63,871 bases of DNA, filler included, from Dicyema japonicum (GCA_011109175.1; 6 parts of 6 records of this genome joined end to end with filler, not necessarily neighbours in it); one strand, 5' to 3'. Positions 1-13,950 are shown, counted from the whole stretch's first letter. Notes: generated from the sequence alone by a model not told the origin. A program made the numbers and translations.

Positions 1-590
1 AAATTCTGGAAACTTTTTTCGAAAATGAATTCTTTGGATAGGAAAGGTGAAGAGATAAATCTCAATTTTCGTGACGGCTCTCGGATCCAGAAAAAAAAAT
101 TCCAGATGTCATTCATCGCATTATGTCTTAATAATTCCGTTTATCATTATGTCTTAGAATCGTCGCTGCGCAACGCACCAAAAATTCAAGAGCGCAACAA
201 CCGTGTTGGGAATAGATCTCTCCAGAGCTTTCGACTCAAAAAACAGACAGAAACTGGTGAATGTGTTTGAGCAAATATTGGATGAATCGTCGGTTAGGAT
301 AACCAGACTACTACTTGCGAACACAAGACTATCTGTGAGGACAGAAGGAGCAACTTCCCGCAGTTTCAAAACAACGATTGGAACACCCCAGGGTGATTTT
401 CTCTCCCCTTTACTATTCACCATATACTTTGAATATGCACTCCGCGACCTCCGTAAATGCTATATAGGAGACATAGAAGAGACATCTTATGCGGATGATG
501 TGGATTTCGTATCACGGGACGTGACCGCACTCTAACACCTACTAGAAAATGCACCTGCGGAGCTTGAGAAATGGATTCTCAGCGTAAATG
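1..590 (+). mobile_element. RTE-clade non-LTR retrotransposon, RT fragment (degenerate)
   Basis: ORF 203-535 has IDLSRAFDS, GTPQGDFLSPLLF and YADD RT motifs; stops and frameshifts flank it. Confidence 0.85.
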
Positions 591-1285
591 TAATTATTAT
601 TATTAAAGCACTTTCACGAAAGCCATAATGATTATAGCCCCGCATGTGCAACACTCAAAGAAACAATATTTATAGTTAGTCTTTTCCATCTTCCTCTGTC
701 GAATGCGAGTGATCTCAATTCGTCCAGGTCGTCTCCCGTCTTTAAATTTTTTTCACACGAATTTAAGTCTTTGTTTAGGGCTGTCGGAAGTGTCGATCTA
801 GGTCGTCCGCGGAAGGGTTTTTCGCATCTGTCAAAGTAATCTTCCATCGCTTTGTTAGCGGGTGCGTCCGGATTCATTCTTAGTACATGCCCAAATAGCC
901 TCCACCGGCATCTATCACATCTCGCTGATGTAAGAACACATACACTTGTTGTATATACCAGTGGTTGATATTCTACGTGGCCACTCCATTCCGAGTAAGC
1001 TTCTTAGTTGCCTTCTATGGAACGAATCCAGTATCAATAGTTCGTTGAAGAACTTCCCCATGTCCAGCGTTATACAGTAGGATCGGTTTCCAACAAACGC
1101 GTTGTAAAGCCTGCATCTGATGTCAATTCCCAAGTCCTTTGGCTCTTAGCCATTCTTTCTTCAGTTAGCCATTGCCGCATTTGCCAGTGTTTTCCTCCTT
1201 AGTACATTAGCGTCTCCTAGTAGAGATCCGAGCTTATTAGTACGTCTCCATCTTTCTTGAGTAATATCGTCTTCTCTTTTCTCTT
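591..1285 (-). mobile_element. RTE-clade LINE 3' half with (AAT)n tail
   Basis: KLGSLLGD, RLYNAFV, FHRRQLRSLLG, RGRPRSTLP and DRGRW motifs; tail gtgctttaataataat at about 591-612. Confidence 0.85.
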
Positions 1286-1344
1286 TTGATTTGGAAGAAT
1301 ACTTTGACTTCTCTTTTGATTTGGAAGAATACTTGACAGTTGTG

Positions 1345-1455
1345 ACAAACCCTTCCGCGGACGGCCTAGATCGACACTTCCGACTGCCTTAAACAAAGAC
1401 TTAAATTATGTGAGAAAAAAATCTAAAGACGGGGACGACCTGGACAAATTGAGAC
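1345..1455 (+). repeat. Inverted near-copy of the RTE segment at about 712-819
   Basis: Direct comparison: cccttccgcggacgg/acctagatcgacacttccgac... matches the reverse complement of 712-819. Confidence 0.85.
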
Positions 1456-1894
1456 AACATCTTGGACGAGTACTATTAGAAAAATTTGACAATTTCAGCC
1501 TACGTGTGTTTAATAAGTACTATCAGAAATTTGGCCAGGTCAGCCTCTACTTATTCTATTCTAAGTAAGGCGAAGTTTAAATAAGAAGATACTGAAGTAT
1601 TTCGGAGGGTCAATTGTTTGTCTCTATCGATGTTGAGAGATCGAGAATATTGACTCACAAGAGGACAAACCTACTTAGTCGGATCGACTCAATGATCCAA
1701 AGAATCAAATTGGATCCACGTGAGACGGATGGTTTCGAGAGCGTATCTCGATAACTATTGTAAGAGGAAACAGTCTGGCCATTCAAGCTCCCAAGATTAA
1801 TATTAATTTTATTTAAACATATTACAAATCTAATTAAAATAAATTAAATTATTAATCCAAAGTTTGCTAAACATGTAAATAACTGAAATTTGAT

Positions 1895-2240
1895 TTTGCG
1901 TGACTCACCTACGTGGTGGCATCGCAATATTGAAATGTTGGAAAAGAATCGAAAACTCCCTTTACCGCAATCACGGAGGCTCGGATGATGTCGGATCCTG
2001 TTCCTTTCTTGTGGAGACGTCGACCAAATCTGATAATAATGCAAGTTAATATTATTACAATCTTGACGAAAAATTCTTTCTAGTCAAACATTCAGTGGTT
2101 ATAGCTCTTTTCCAAGAGACGAAACTAAAGCCACAGCGGCCAACCCCCAACTTCACAGGATACTCAGTTTTCAGGGAGACAAATGTCTGGAATGGGAGGA
2201 GGCCTCACGACGTTAATCCAGAACCATATATTGTCCAGGT
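1895..2240 (+). mobile_element. 5' fragment of Ingi/Vingi-like LINE (structured leader, 2A remnant, APE start)
   Basis: ATG 1935 reads MLEKNRKLP...RILFLSCGDVD; then IMQVNI, ALFQETKL, PNFTGYSVFR (APE N-terminus). Confidence 0.7.
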
Positions 2241-2529
2241 TGTTTGAGTGACCAGCTATTACTCTGTGGATGTTTAATTTTCGTTTTGCTTTGGTGCAGA
2301 GTTTTTCAACTTTTTGTTAAAACTGACGTCTTAAACGTTACTCCGAGGATTTTTGGAGACATAACCACTGGGAGAAGTTCTGAGGTATGTACTTGGTCTT
2401 GTCAAATTATTTCCGATCAGTTGTAAAAATTATTACTGAGGATTTCGACGTTGATTGAAACATCCAGTCTCTCCGCATCCAATCAGAAAACAGAGTCAAA
2501 AGTCTTTTACATTACAAAAAGCCAATTTA

Positions 2530-3960
2530 TTGTTTTTATCCATGATTGCAATGTTGTCTTCTCTGTATGATAGGAGGATCGATTCCTGAGTCGTTTGTAT
2601 GTTGCTGATGTATAAGTTAAAGAGAACGGATTCCTGAGGGACTACATTGGGAAGATAGCGGAATCGGGACATATGGGAATGAAAACATGTTTACCCAGTC
2701 TTCCTGAATGGAGGTTTGTGAGCTAAGACTGCCATGCTTGAGGGATATTTGATTAACTGAGAAGTGCTTTTATTACTTCTACTGTGACCAGAACAGTTGT
2801 TTCGGGGGTTAGAATTATTAAAACCATTGGCAATAAAGTGTGTCAAGGAGGATAGATGGGAGGTTGTTGAATGAAAAGACGAAAGCCATGTTGTGATTTG
2901 TAAAAGTTGAGGTGGGGTTATATCTCGTTCAAAACTATTCTTTCCAAGATCATCGATACAACTGAGGTAAGAGAAATAAGTCTGTAGGAGGAAGTGGAAG
3001 ATGAATCCTTGTTGTTTCTGAGTACATGGTAATTGTCGATTTCTTCCAGACATGGGAATAAAATAATAGTTGATTGAGAATTCATAAATGGCCTTGAGAG
3101 CATTGAGTCCGTTAGTGGAAGACACATAGGCCAACAGTGCTTTTTGCAGTTTAGTTGCGATTATTTAGGATAAAGTCATGGATTTGCGTTATGAGAACTT
3201 GGTAGTCAATGATAAAGACTTTGGGATTAATTTCCTTTCAGCCAAAAATATAACATATATGAAATAGGCCACGGCTTTATCTGGAGAATTGAATTTTTTA
3301 CATTGAGAAGTCTTCCAAGGACCTTTCAATTTATGCCCTAAAGTTTGCCCAATTTGTTTTCCTGTAGATGCAAAGGTCCATCTGATCGTTGTAGGAGGTA
3401 AAAAAGACAAATATTAATGATGACAGGGTTGTCCAGGCTGTAGGTTATATCCGACATTCCATTTAATCTGCGGAACAATCAAAGATGAGCATCAAAATGT
3501 AAGGGGATGTGTTTGGATTCCTGACAAATTCCACTTCTTGTGTGTTGGTTGCGGATGTTCAGCATGACAAGGAGTAGGAGGTCTGAGGTAATGGAAATTA
3601 CTTCGATGTGGTTATCCGAGGCTTGCAGACCGTGACTGGTAGTGTCATTGAAAGGAATGTATGAGGGTGACCAGCTCACAACCATAGGATTCATTTGCCC
3701 GTTCTGAGAGGAGTACTGAGTAGTCTGTAAATCTTGGTGTTGGTGAGGTGATGGATAGTCTGGACTCTTGGAGGAAAGCTAGATCAATTTTTTTTTCTCA
3801 CCAAATAGTCTCCGAGTTCAACGTGCTCTGGTGTGATCTCATTAATGTTCAGTTTTATGATTCAGATTTTGTTCGGTCCTGGGGCTTTGGTGTGATCCCA
3901 TTAATGTTCAGTTGCATGATTCAGATTTTGGTCGGTCCTGGGTTTGGTTTGATACAGAAG
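2530..3960 (-). mobile_element. Ingi/Vingi-like LINE, degenerate (NPGP, APE, RT start)
   Basis: Reverse strand reads IKPNPGPT..IMQLNINGI, SSYRLISLTSVVSMILERIV, HLSSLTHFIANGFN and a degenerate VPQ.S motif. Confidence 0.75.
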
Positions 3961-4504
3961 ACTACTGAGAAAATTGATAACACAAATAAGGTTAAAATTA
4001 ATTAATCCTCTTTTGATAGGGAAATATCTTTAGACTAATTTTCCAATCAACAAGAATTTTTGAATTTCAAAATGTAGGTGACTACATTGTTACTATCCCA
4101 ATCGCTATGATGTTATTTGATAGAATAACATGATTTATTCACATTGCGTTGAGTTTTCAGACACTGAGTTTATACTCTGAGAATTGTTCTCTCTGTAAAT
4201 TGAATTAGCCTTGTTATTAAAGGAAGAGTAATATGTGCATATTTAGGGTTACATGCTCTTTCAAAGGCAGAATCACAATATGGAACAACCTCTGTTTTTC
4301 AATAGAAAAAATGTACATTTTATATAAACAAGTATGAATATCAGTAAGTACGATTTATTATCTCACTACAATCTCACAATTGGTTACAGATTCAGTTATG
4401 GGGAATTGATAAGGGTATGAATACTGTAATTGTAGGTCTGAGCAATTCCCTGTTAAATGGTCGTCGTTTGTGAGACTCATAATGAATCCGGTTTTCTCTT
4501 AACT

Positions 4505-4615
4505 TATAAAAACTGTTTGGATATTTCAATTACAGACATTATAAAGGCTCTCTTGGATACATCAATTACAGACTTTATAAAAGCGGTCTTGGATATCTTA
4601 ATTACAGACCACAAA
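4505..4615. repeat. 36-bp tandem repeat, about 3 copies
   Basis: ttggatatttcaattacagacattataaaggctctc starts at 4517, 4553 and 4589; related sequence near 6826-6870. Confidence 0.85.
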
Positions 4616-5154
4616 AATCTGTTATCTCCTACAAAATCATCAAGACTGTCTCTTACAGACCTGTCTTAGTCCAAGACTCTACTCAAATTTTTCGTGACTA
4701 ATGTAAAGCTACTGAAAAAATCAATATGGATATTCTTCTCTATACAAATGACGTTTTTTTTCGAATGTGCTCTAAATCGATAAGATTGGCCGAGAAAACA
4801 AACTCTATGCATCTCTAACAAATTAATCGTGCCGAGGTTCGAGAAACATAAAAGAAATAAATAATTTAGGCTATCATTGAATGCTAATTGGTAGGAAAAA
4901 AGCTTTCAGGTAACTTCTATGCACGAAAAATTGCTATTTAAAGTGGAGATTTTCTTTGTGTTCAAATACATCATAATCCCATTTTTATAATGGCTACGAA
5001 AAAGGCCACGGCTTTTCTGGAGAATTGAATAAAACTTGTCGTAAACAGAAAACTGAACAAAGAACTCAGCATTGAAGAAAACGGTCTGATGTAACAAATG
5101 AAATCGGCAATAAATGAGAAAATAGTTAACGTTATGAAAGAGTCGCTCTTGCTA

Positions 5155-5390
5155 ATAATAATAACACCAGAGACAACGATTACACGAACTAACTAATCAC
5201 GTGATCCCAGCACGCTCTAGCAGGAGCCTCATCTTGGCCCGATGCTCATCCCTCGATCGAGTGACTGGACCTTCGCAGTCATGGATGATTCGTATCAAGG
5301 CTTCAAGAGGCATTGGTTGATGGAACTCTCCAGAAATCCAGCGTTCCGTGATTTTGGAGGCTCTTTTGCGGCTAGGCGTGTTTCTCAACG
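5155..5390 (-). mobile_element. 5'-truncated 3' end of Ingi/Vingi-like LINE
   Basis: C-terminus SRDEHRAKMRLLLERAGIT* followed by gattagttagtt, as at the end of the long copy (about 25700). Confidence 0.75.
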
Positions 5391-8300
5391 AAGGGGGATT
5401 TTTAATTAGTTATTTTTTTTAATTTATACATTTATACTTAAATTAATTTTAATGCAACTTTTTGATAATATCTGATAAAAAGTAAAATAAAAAGAACTAC
5501 TTCCTTCTGGTTTAATAAACCTTTGTGTGTCTGGCAAAGAACAGAAAAGCCTGGAACAAGCTAACTCTTTCTCTTATATTTTTTGCTGCACATGCGGGGC
5601 TATATTATAGCTCACGTGAAAATGCAATAATAATAAGCCCTTGTGTTTATAAAATGGTGATGAGTTTGCAAACGAAGCAATTATTCCATCTCGTTTATTA
5701 GAACACCAGCAACGCAAGCGTCCACAATCATTAGGAACATTGAATTAAAAATCATAATATAGTCTCTGCAATTGATAATAGTCAAGGTCGGTAAATATTG
5801 TGCATTTGTGGAGAAGAGGCATAATAAATTGAATATCTGCAAAAGAGAAGACATCTGAATATCCCATAGGGATTTTAGTTGTTTTTCTGTGGTTTTCAGT
5901 GTGTGATTCCCAGACGATTTCTGGTTGTTATATAAAAATAGGCAAAATAAATGCATTTTATAAATGTACCTATATGGATGTTGAGATATGTTAATACGTT
6001 AGGCATGTTGAATTTAGTTTTTTTTATGTGCAAGAATCGATAACATTTTTTTTCGCTAAACATTTTCTCAATCACCGAGTAGTGACTCGACTTTCCTTAT
6101 TTTTCTCCATTTCTCATCTGTCAATTGAGTTTCTCTTTTAACAGTTGTGATCTGTCTTTTATTCGTTTATTTTCAGAAACCATCAAGCGTTTTTGGTTAA
6201 GGTGGTAACGTCCCTCTTTTTCACACTCTGGAACACTCGTGCTAATAAAATCAATGCAAAAGGAATTGCGACCTCACAGCAAGAGACACTACTGACGGAG
6301 ACCTTAGTCGTTATGAAGTTTCTGTATCCTGCCTTCAGGAAACAAAGTAAGCTTGGTTGTTTATTTATATTGTATTAATGAGAACAAAATAAGTGAGTAT
6401 TAATAATTAAAAATCTTCAAACTTAATGAATTAACGTCTTTGGCGAAGTGTTAAATGAAATAATACCATGAATAATTTATTATCTGTTTTCAACAATTGG
6501 GCCTTTGTATTAGTTAAAGTGAGAAATACAGTTTGTGAAAGACGTATAGTTTCTTCAGAGAAGCTATAATAAGCATTTCTTGAGATTTCATAAAAATCAT
6601 TAAAATCCACATATTTTTATTATTGCTAGAGAATAGTAACAAATCCGAATCAACAACAAACAAATTGGCTGATCTTACTATGGTTTTCATTTGCAATTTA
6701 ACGTAATTCTTTTTCTAAGAAAGCATAATATTAAAATGTTTTTTTGTATTTCATAGCCATTAAATCGAGTCGTAATTATGCTGGCCAAAGTCCACATATG
6801 CTTGTCAAGGGACGCATATTTGAAAAATCATCAAGGCTGTCTTGGATATATCTCTCACAAAAAATCTTCGGTCTACAACAAGCTGATTATGTACTACAAC
6901 ATAAATTTTATTAGAGAAAAAATACTTGAACTACACCTTCAACAAAATTCCATTTAAACAACCTGTGTCTACTCCGTAGTTTCTCGCTAATCAATCTATA
7001 CAAGGTTCTTGACGAAAAACCAATGGTCTTCTCAATACCTGATATCACTTGGAGGTTTTGGTGGAGATCGATGCTAACAAAAATCATTAAATTCACATGA
7101 AGAACCTTTTGTTCTAAGATGATACAAAATCATCACAATCTACATGAAATAACCAATGGAAGAATTTCCTTTTTAATATCTACGCACCCCACCTCTTTCT
7201 TTTTTAAACAATAAAGCTATCCCAAGCTCATCTACCTTAAACGCGGTGATCATCTGCGAAGATATGGACGCTAATTACTCCCTGCGGCTAACAGGTCACC
7301 CCTTCGACACAACGTGGAAGTTATTGCTATCGCAAACCGATCCCCGGACGGTCACGAATGATCACTAGAAACACCATCAACTATTTATTTGAATTAAAAA
7401 TCTTGATTCAATAATTACCCATATTTCCCTTACAATGGGAGTAAAGTTGGATGTTTCCTTGATCTAAAATAGACTTCCTCAAACCTCAGAGGATTATGAA
7501 ATCCTTCCATGATTGATTTCATTTATTTTGCAATTTCAGACGCTGGAATGAAAAATCCTTTTTTTGTCATCACACAAACCTGATTCATCAGTTTCCATGA
7601 GACCAAGGGATCTTTCCAACACTAATGTCGGTCTCTAATCCTCAGCTTCTGGATTAGAAGCTTCTTGCAGGTACACTGTGTCATTTTCTTTATTAACACC
7701 TTCGTCTTCTTCAGTTGAGAGAAGAATATCCTCATCATGACGGAGTCTATTATGTGAGCTTCTGGAGAGCATACCTTAATTAAGTCGGTCGTGTGGAGAG
7801 AGAAGAGATTGAGACGGTGCAGATTCCGACATCCTCTAACCAAGTGCTGTTTCATCTGATCCAAACTGTTCTCAGCCACTTATTCAATTCTGCACTCATT
7901 GAAATCAAAGAAACCTAACAAACCTGTGGATCCGACTCTGTACATTTTGCCCAAATCAGGAAATGACAGAACCCATTAGCTACCAAGTTCTCATCAATCA
8001 TCTCCACCTTAAAAGAGTTCATGTAACAAAGGTAGCAGATAACTGTAGCATCTAACATTTGATGTGAAAACAAACAGAATACACATTTCCTTTACCGGAT
8101 CTATTTATCAGTTTGAATAGGTAACCTTAGCACCAATCTGCGGCTGATGTTTCCCAACCACCTAAGTCATAATGGAAAGAGTCACGTAGGAAAATTCAGT
8201 GCTGGGTTTTATAGTACAGTCATCCTTTGGTTTTTCCACTGACATTAGGAAGGAAAGATAAAATTACATGGTTGCATAGCAACAATTTTTCTAATATGTG

Positions 8301-10424
8301 GCCACTTGCCTAAACAAGTGATTAGATGATCTTTTGTGATATAGGGCGAACCTCGGTTGTGTTAAAAAGGATATTTTTCAAAAATTTTTAACTGGACAGG
8401 TAGAAAGTAACTGAAGCACCAGGTGCATATTAAATTGTGTTAACAAGTTTGTTTCCAAAAAATAATAAGAATTCATTGAATTAAATGTTTATTTATTTTT
8501 TATTCGGATACAGATATTATTGTTTGTAAATTTTTAGAAAAACTGAGTTTATGGTTAATCAAATAAATAATAACACACTTCACAGTCGAGGAATACCTTG
8601 TAAACCATCTCCTCAGTTGCCCTCTGCTTCCCGGTCTATTCGTCTAAACCTCCCACCACCTCGGAGAGGTCTCCGAAATTCATCGTCGTTCTCCTTTCTG
8701 CAAACTTCATGTATAGCAGTTTCACTGGGTAAATCACTAGGTGCATCCGGAGGTTGTAGGACCTGTTTCTCATGGTTTTGAAGATATCCAGCGCATCTTC
8801 AATGCTCCATTAACAATCCATTTTAATGCTTACAGTATTCTGAGGATCAAACATGTGTGTCTCCAAGTCTAGTATTTCGAACCTTTGTAAAGAGATCGTG
8901 GTAATTTGTATGACATCCCAACCGCTTCCGGACGAGTTCGTTTATCACAATTACTGAGACTTAGTTTTTCAAGTGATTCTCCGGAACGTTGTGGTCCCGT
9001 CTCTGTAATGTGACCCGACAGGACAACCCACGTGGGAGTGCCAAGTTTGTTCAATTACCAGAAATATAAGCGAATGGGAGTTCACTATTTTCACTCACAT
9101 GACTAAAGCACGAGGGATCCACTGAGGAACTTTAGTAACTAGTCTTAGGCAATAAGGTTGTGAATCGAAAAGAGGGCTCGGAGAATGTCAGACGAATGTG
9201 CTGGCATGTATGTAGTAAACACCTTGATCCTGACATGTTCCAGAGATTCCAGATCGGTCTCTGGGTAACGAAATTGTCTTTCGGTGGAAAGGATAGTTAA
9301 GGCATTGGGCGTCTCCTTAGTAAAGTAGATCCAATGACGCCATCAGAGACAAGTGTCGCAATAGTTAGTTATTGACTTTAATTAAATTTATTTAACTACT
9401 AGCTAACAAATAAAACTTGTTATAATAACATCAGAGACCACGGTTACAATCTAACTAATCATTGTTATCTCAGCAAGCTGTAGCATAGACCTCAATTTGG
9501 TCCGATGTTCTTTCCTCGACCCCACACAAGCTCGTGTCAGCCGAATGATGGATCTTCGTAGTCAAATCAGGACGTTCCAGAGTACATGGGTATCATCGAT
9601 TTTAGAGTCATTTGAGGATTGAACTCTCTAAAAGTCCATGGTTCCGTAATTTCACCGAAGAAAATATTTAATTTTTTTATTTCTTTATTCAAAGCCATCA
9701 GCAGCTTAGACTCAATAGTTAATCGAACAGACTTTTTGAGTTTGTTTCTTTTCTTTTAACTTACCATATCCCCTAGCGTAGTTAAGGTGGTTTTAGGCAC
9801 AGTGATCTTGTAACCAAGATAGTGCGGTTTACATAAGCGACTATTTTGTCATGGAAGTACCTCAGGTAAAAGTACTGCATCCATGTAAAAAGTACAACAT
9901 TATATTGTTAGGAAGAGCATGATGAAGTCTCAGTCATACGTTTATAGTTGAATTGTACTGGAAACCTCTTCACAATTAAAGTTTCTCTCTTATTTTATCA
10001 GCATAGCATTTTGGAAGCTTGTTGAATTAAAAGTGACTGACCAGATCGATATTATCGCCAAGTCGGGAGAACAGAGGTTAGTTGGTCTGACTCCGTGAAG
10101 GGGTTTTTGAATGTTTTGACGGGTCATTAATGACCGTGAAAAGACCTGTCTGCGATAGTAGTCCAGGAAAAGGCACAGTTCCAATATTTTGTCTCTTACT
10201 ACGCTGACGTTTAGTTGTAGAACCGTTGTCCATTTCTTGTAGTGACTAGGGTTCCTTCCGGGGAGTTGAAGCTGAAAGTTCCTCCAATGAGACAGTATCC
10301 TAGGAGTAAATGTTTAATGATTCCCTTCGGAGGAACACTAGGTGCCTCTACTGACGTTTCCATTACTTACAGAATTAATGAACCACAGAACGGCACGCTA
10401 AAAACCTGAAATGAAACTTTCAGA

Positions 10425-12260
10425 TAATAAATTATTTATTATCAGCACTGCCGAGAACACATAAAAAACAAAAGTCAATTAAGGTTCCCTTGTGCCGCGC
10501 CGGCCACCCTTTGCACCAATCGCATCCAAAGGCCTCTCCGTTTCGCAAGATCTCTTAGTTCATCGAGGTCATCCATTGTTTTCAACTCCCTGCCTATGGC
10601 TTTTAGGTCCTTATTTAGCGTGATAGGTAAGGTTATTCTAGGCCTTCCTCGGACTGATTTTGTTTTTTCCATGAAATATTCATCTATTACGTGATTTGCC
10701 GGTACATCCAGGTGACCGAACAGTCTCCATCTCGATCTTCTGATTTCCATGGATAATGGTTCTGTTTTGCTCAACTTATATAATTGTTCGTTATGATCTT
10801 CATTTTGTAGTGAATATTAAGTGCCTTCCGAAGCATACTGCGGTCGAAACTGTCAATAGACTCCATTACCCGTTTAGACAAACCCCATGTCCCACAGTTA
10901 TATATTAGGATGGGCACAACAAAGTATTTGTATATCATAAGCTTTATTTTTCCACAAAGTCTTCTTCCCGAACTCCATATTTTAGATAGGCTTCTGAAAG
11001 CACCAGATGCAAGGATTTTCCGTCGAGCTACATCTTCCTCGTCTCCCAAGAGCTATCCGACCTTCTTATGTCTTCTCCACGTCTCGTCGGATATCCTCTC
11101 TGCACGGCTGAATAAGATGTAAATTCCGTTTTGTCAGTGTTTATCTTCAAGAACCATTTTTGGAAAATGTTAGGAAGATGTTCGTTTATGTATTTGAGAA
11201 ATTCAGAATCATCCGATACAAAGTCCAGATCGTCTGCGTAAATCAACTCATAATATTGTCCTTTAATGGATAATCTAAAATCCCTCAGTGCAGCCTCAAG
11301 ATAAATAATAAATAGAATAGGAGACAACGAATCCCCTTGTGGAACTCCCCGAGTGGTTTTAAAAAAAATTGGAAGCTTTATTGAGTATGATTGTGATTAT
11401 TTCACCCAATTCAGTGGGTCCACATTTTATTAACTCTGCAGGTATATTATCAGGACCAGCCGCTTTCCTGTAGTTTAGTTTTCCTATTGCCTTGATAGTT
11501 TCCGCGATAATAATGGGGCAGTTAAGAGGAGCCGTTGATGTTATTGGAGATTTGTTTTCAATTTCTTGATTGTTAAAGATGTCATAGTAGTGTGAAGAGA
11601 CTATGTTCGCCTTTTCAATAACATTCAATACTGATCGTCCATGTTGGTCGTGAATAACAATATTCCCTGGTCGTTTCTTTTTGCTAATAATCCAAATGGC
11701 TTTAGAACATTTTGGATCCGTTCTTATATTTCTTGATTTCATCGACCTGTTCCTCCACTTCCTTTTTTACTTGATATTTTTGAAGTTTTTTGATTTTTGT
11801 TAAAATTGAGTTACGAACTATCCTTAGCTTTTTTTTAGACTCGGTATATTTGAATTATTAATTCTAATCCTCAAATTCTTTTGTTCTGAAGATAACTATG
11901 ATATTTCTTCGTTGTTATATTTGAATTTGTTTTTGTGAGTATCCCCAAAACCAACGACGTGGTATTCTTCATTGCAACTCCAACGTCATTCCACAAATCC
12001 TGTGCACTATTGTTGTATTCATCTTGCTTAATTCCGCAAATCCAAGACCATAATGTCGGCAGTCAGAGTCCAAAGTGATCATGTAGTAATCATCCAATTT
12101 CGTAATAGAATATGCTGTAATCTTTGTCTCTTAAATGCAGCAAATACTGACACCATGGATAGATAAATCACGTGCGAGTTGATGTTTTTTGGTGATGAAC
12201 TTCAAGCCTCGAGTGTTGAAAGTACCAAGAGAGAATGGGCAACGGGTAATTAAGCGCGAA
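10425..12260 (-). mobile_element. RTE-clade LINE, internally deleted but spanning APE start to 3' tail
   Basis: FSLGTFNTRGL, KAAGPDNIPAELIK, GVPQGDSLSPILF, YADD, YNCGTWGL, SRWRLFGH, RGRPRITLP, AQGNLN* and AAT-rich tail. Confidence 0.9.
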
Positions 12261-12934
12261 GAAGACATATTTTCAAAAGGGACGTCACCACCTCAACCAA
12301 AAGTAATAAATGAAAACTTTTAAGTCTACTTATGACAATATGTATTATTTTAAGATTTTAAATTATTTTAATAAAAACTATTTATTAAAATATTTCTTAT
12401 TTTAAGCTTGCTTTATGCAAATGTACGCGTTGTGTACGCTACTTTATTAAACAAAAGGATAGATCATTCCACCGGGAGACAATTTTGCATTCTGACAATG
12501 TTTTCTGGCATTGGTAGCAGCTTCCCGGACAACGTCGTCTTGATCAGTGTGCTTGGGTGAGGATTCTGATGGATCACGTCAGGATAAAGAATTTGTTGGT
12601 TGGTTTTACCCTTGGTATTTGGAATAATTTTTATTTTAAGCTTGTGTGAATCCAAGAGATGGTCAAGCTGGGATACTGCTTGTTTCTTCTGTGTTCTAAC
12701 GGCTGTCTTGGATTAATTAAATAAATTAAATGGAGCTTTTAATAAATCTGATTATCTTGAAAACACATGAATATATTTTTGTTAGATTTTAATATTGCTA
12801 ACTAATTTAAATTAAAGTTATTTACCCTGCTACACTCCGTTTTGTTTGAGAATTTCTAACTTACCATGTTTGTCCTTACTTTTTGTCTTGGTAAAGATGT
12901 ATGACGATTTCTATTTGACTGCCAAGAGAGCTAC

Positions 12935-13034
12935 NNNNNNNNNNNNNNNNNNNNNNNNNNNNNNNNNNNNNNNNNNNNTTAATTAATTAANNNNNNNNNN
13001 NNNNNNNNNNNNNNNNNNNNNNNNNNNNNNNNNN
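12935..13034. other. Artificial scaffold linker N44-TTAATTAATTAA-N44 (also 25786-25885, 50586-50685, 53145-53244, 62415-62514)
   Basis: Identical 100-bp blocks with a six-frame-stop 12-mer in the middle of N runs. Confidence 0.97.
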
Positions 13035-13679
13035 ATTTATGTTAAAACCAACTTTTTGTTACATTACACTTCTCACATATTCTATTAATTTTGTTGAAGC
13101 AGAATAACAACAAACCTAAGAATAAGACTATACAACTCATATATAGCCCGTGCTTATGTACAACTCGGGTACATGGAGCTCACAGAGCTAGAGCTCAAGA
13201 AAATGTATATATTTCATCGAAAACAATTACGCAATTTAATAATCGAAAAATCGAAAAAAACAAAAATGGACACCAATGCCAAAAAAGTGCTCGTCCGCAA
13301 CGAACTTGTGTAGGCTCAAGGGATCAACACCGAGAAAAGATGAGAGCCTTGATCCAATTCGTCGGGATCACTTAGTTTAGTTTTTTTCGGTTTAACAGTG
13401 GTCTTTAATTTTAATGTGCCTAGGTTGGCCCATGAAGATTTCAAATAAAAAATTGTACTCTGTGGCACAGTCGAGGTCAATTAGCATCGATATTATTAAA
13501 TCATGATGGAGACTGTTCGGCCACGTGCTTAGAATGGACATAAATCAAATGACTAATGTTTGAGAAAATTATTGAATTTGTTAAACTCAAGATTTTCCAC
13601 ATAAAGACATATCCATAGGTTTAACATTAATCATATCAATATGATAAAAATAGTAGCAAACTGGCCAGGTTAGCCGTTG

Positions 13680-13950
13680 AACTTCAACATAATAGAAGGC
13701 TGAGACCCTAAAGATGAAAAATACGCATGTCTTGGAGGACAATTCATCTTCGAACCAGTGGCAGTCTAAATGACAGGAATCATTGGAAGCAGGTCACTGA
13801 CCCTGCTAAACAGGATCAGCTCGCTCATCACGAAGAAGAAAAACGATAGGGGAAAGGCGCATTTCGTTGCAAATCGTCGGGGGAATTGCGTTTTCAATCA
13901 TGAGAGCAGCCAGCAGTTGTTAACTTAGTTTATGCGTTTAAATAAAATTT
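13680..13950 (+). mobile_element. CRE-like LINE restriction-like endonuclease (REL) fragment
   Basis: Frameshifted AE..K..KY...F.FEPVAV*MTGIIGSRSL.LL..I, homologous to 19830-20050. Confidence 0.6.

Noticed and set aside
12979-12990. Palindromic TTAATTAATTAA recurring five times
   Set aside because: Always centred in 100-bp N blocks, so it is an assembly linker. Adjacency across these joins is unverified.
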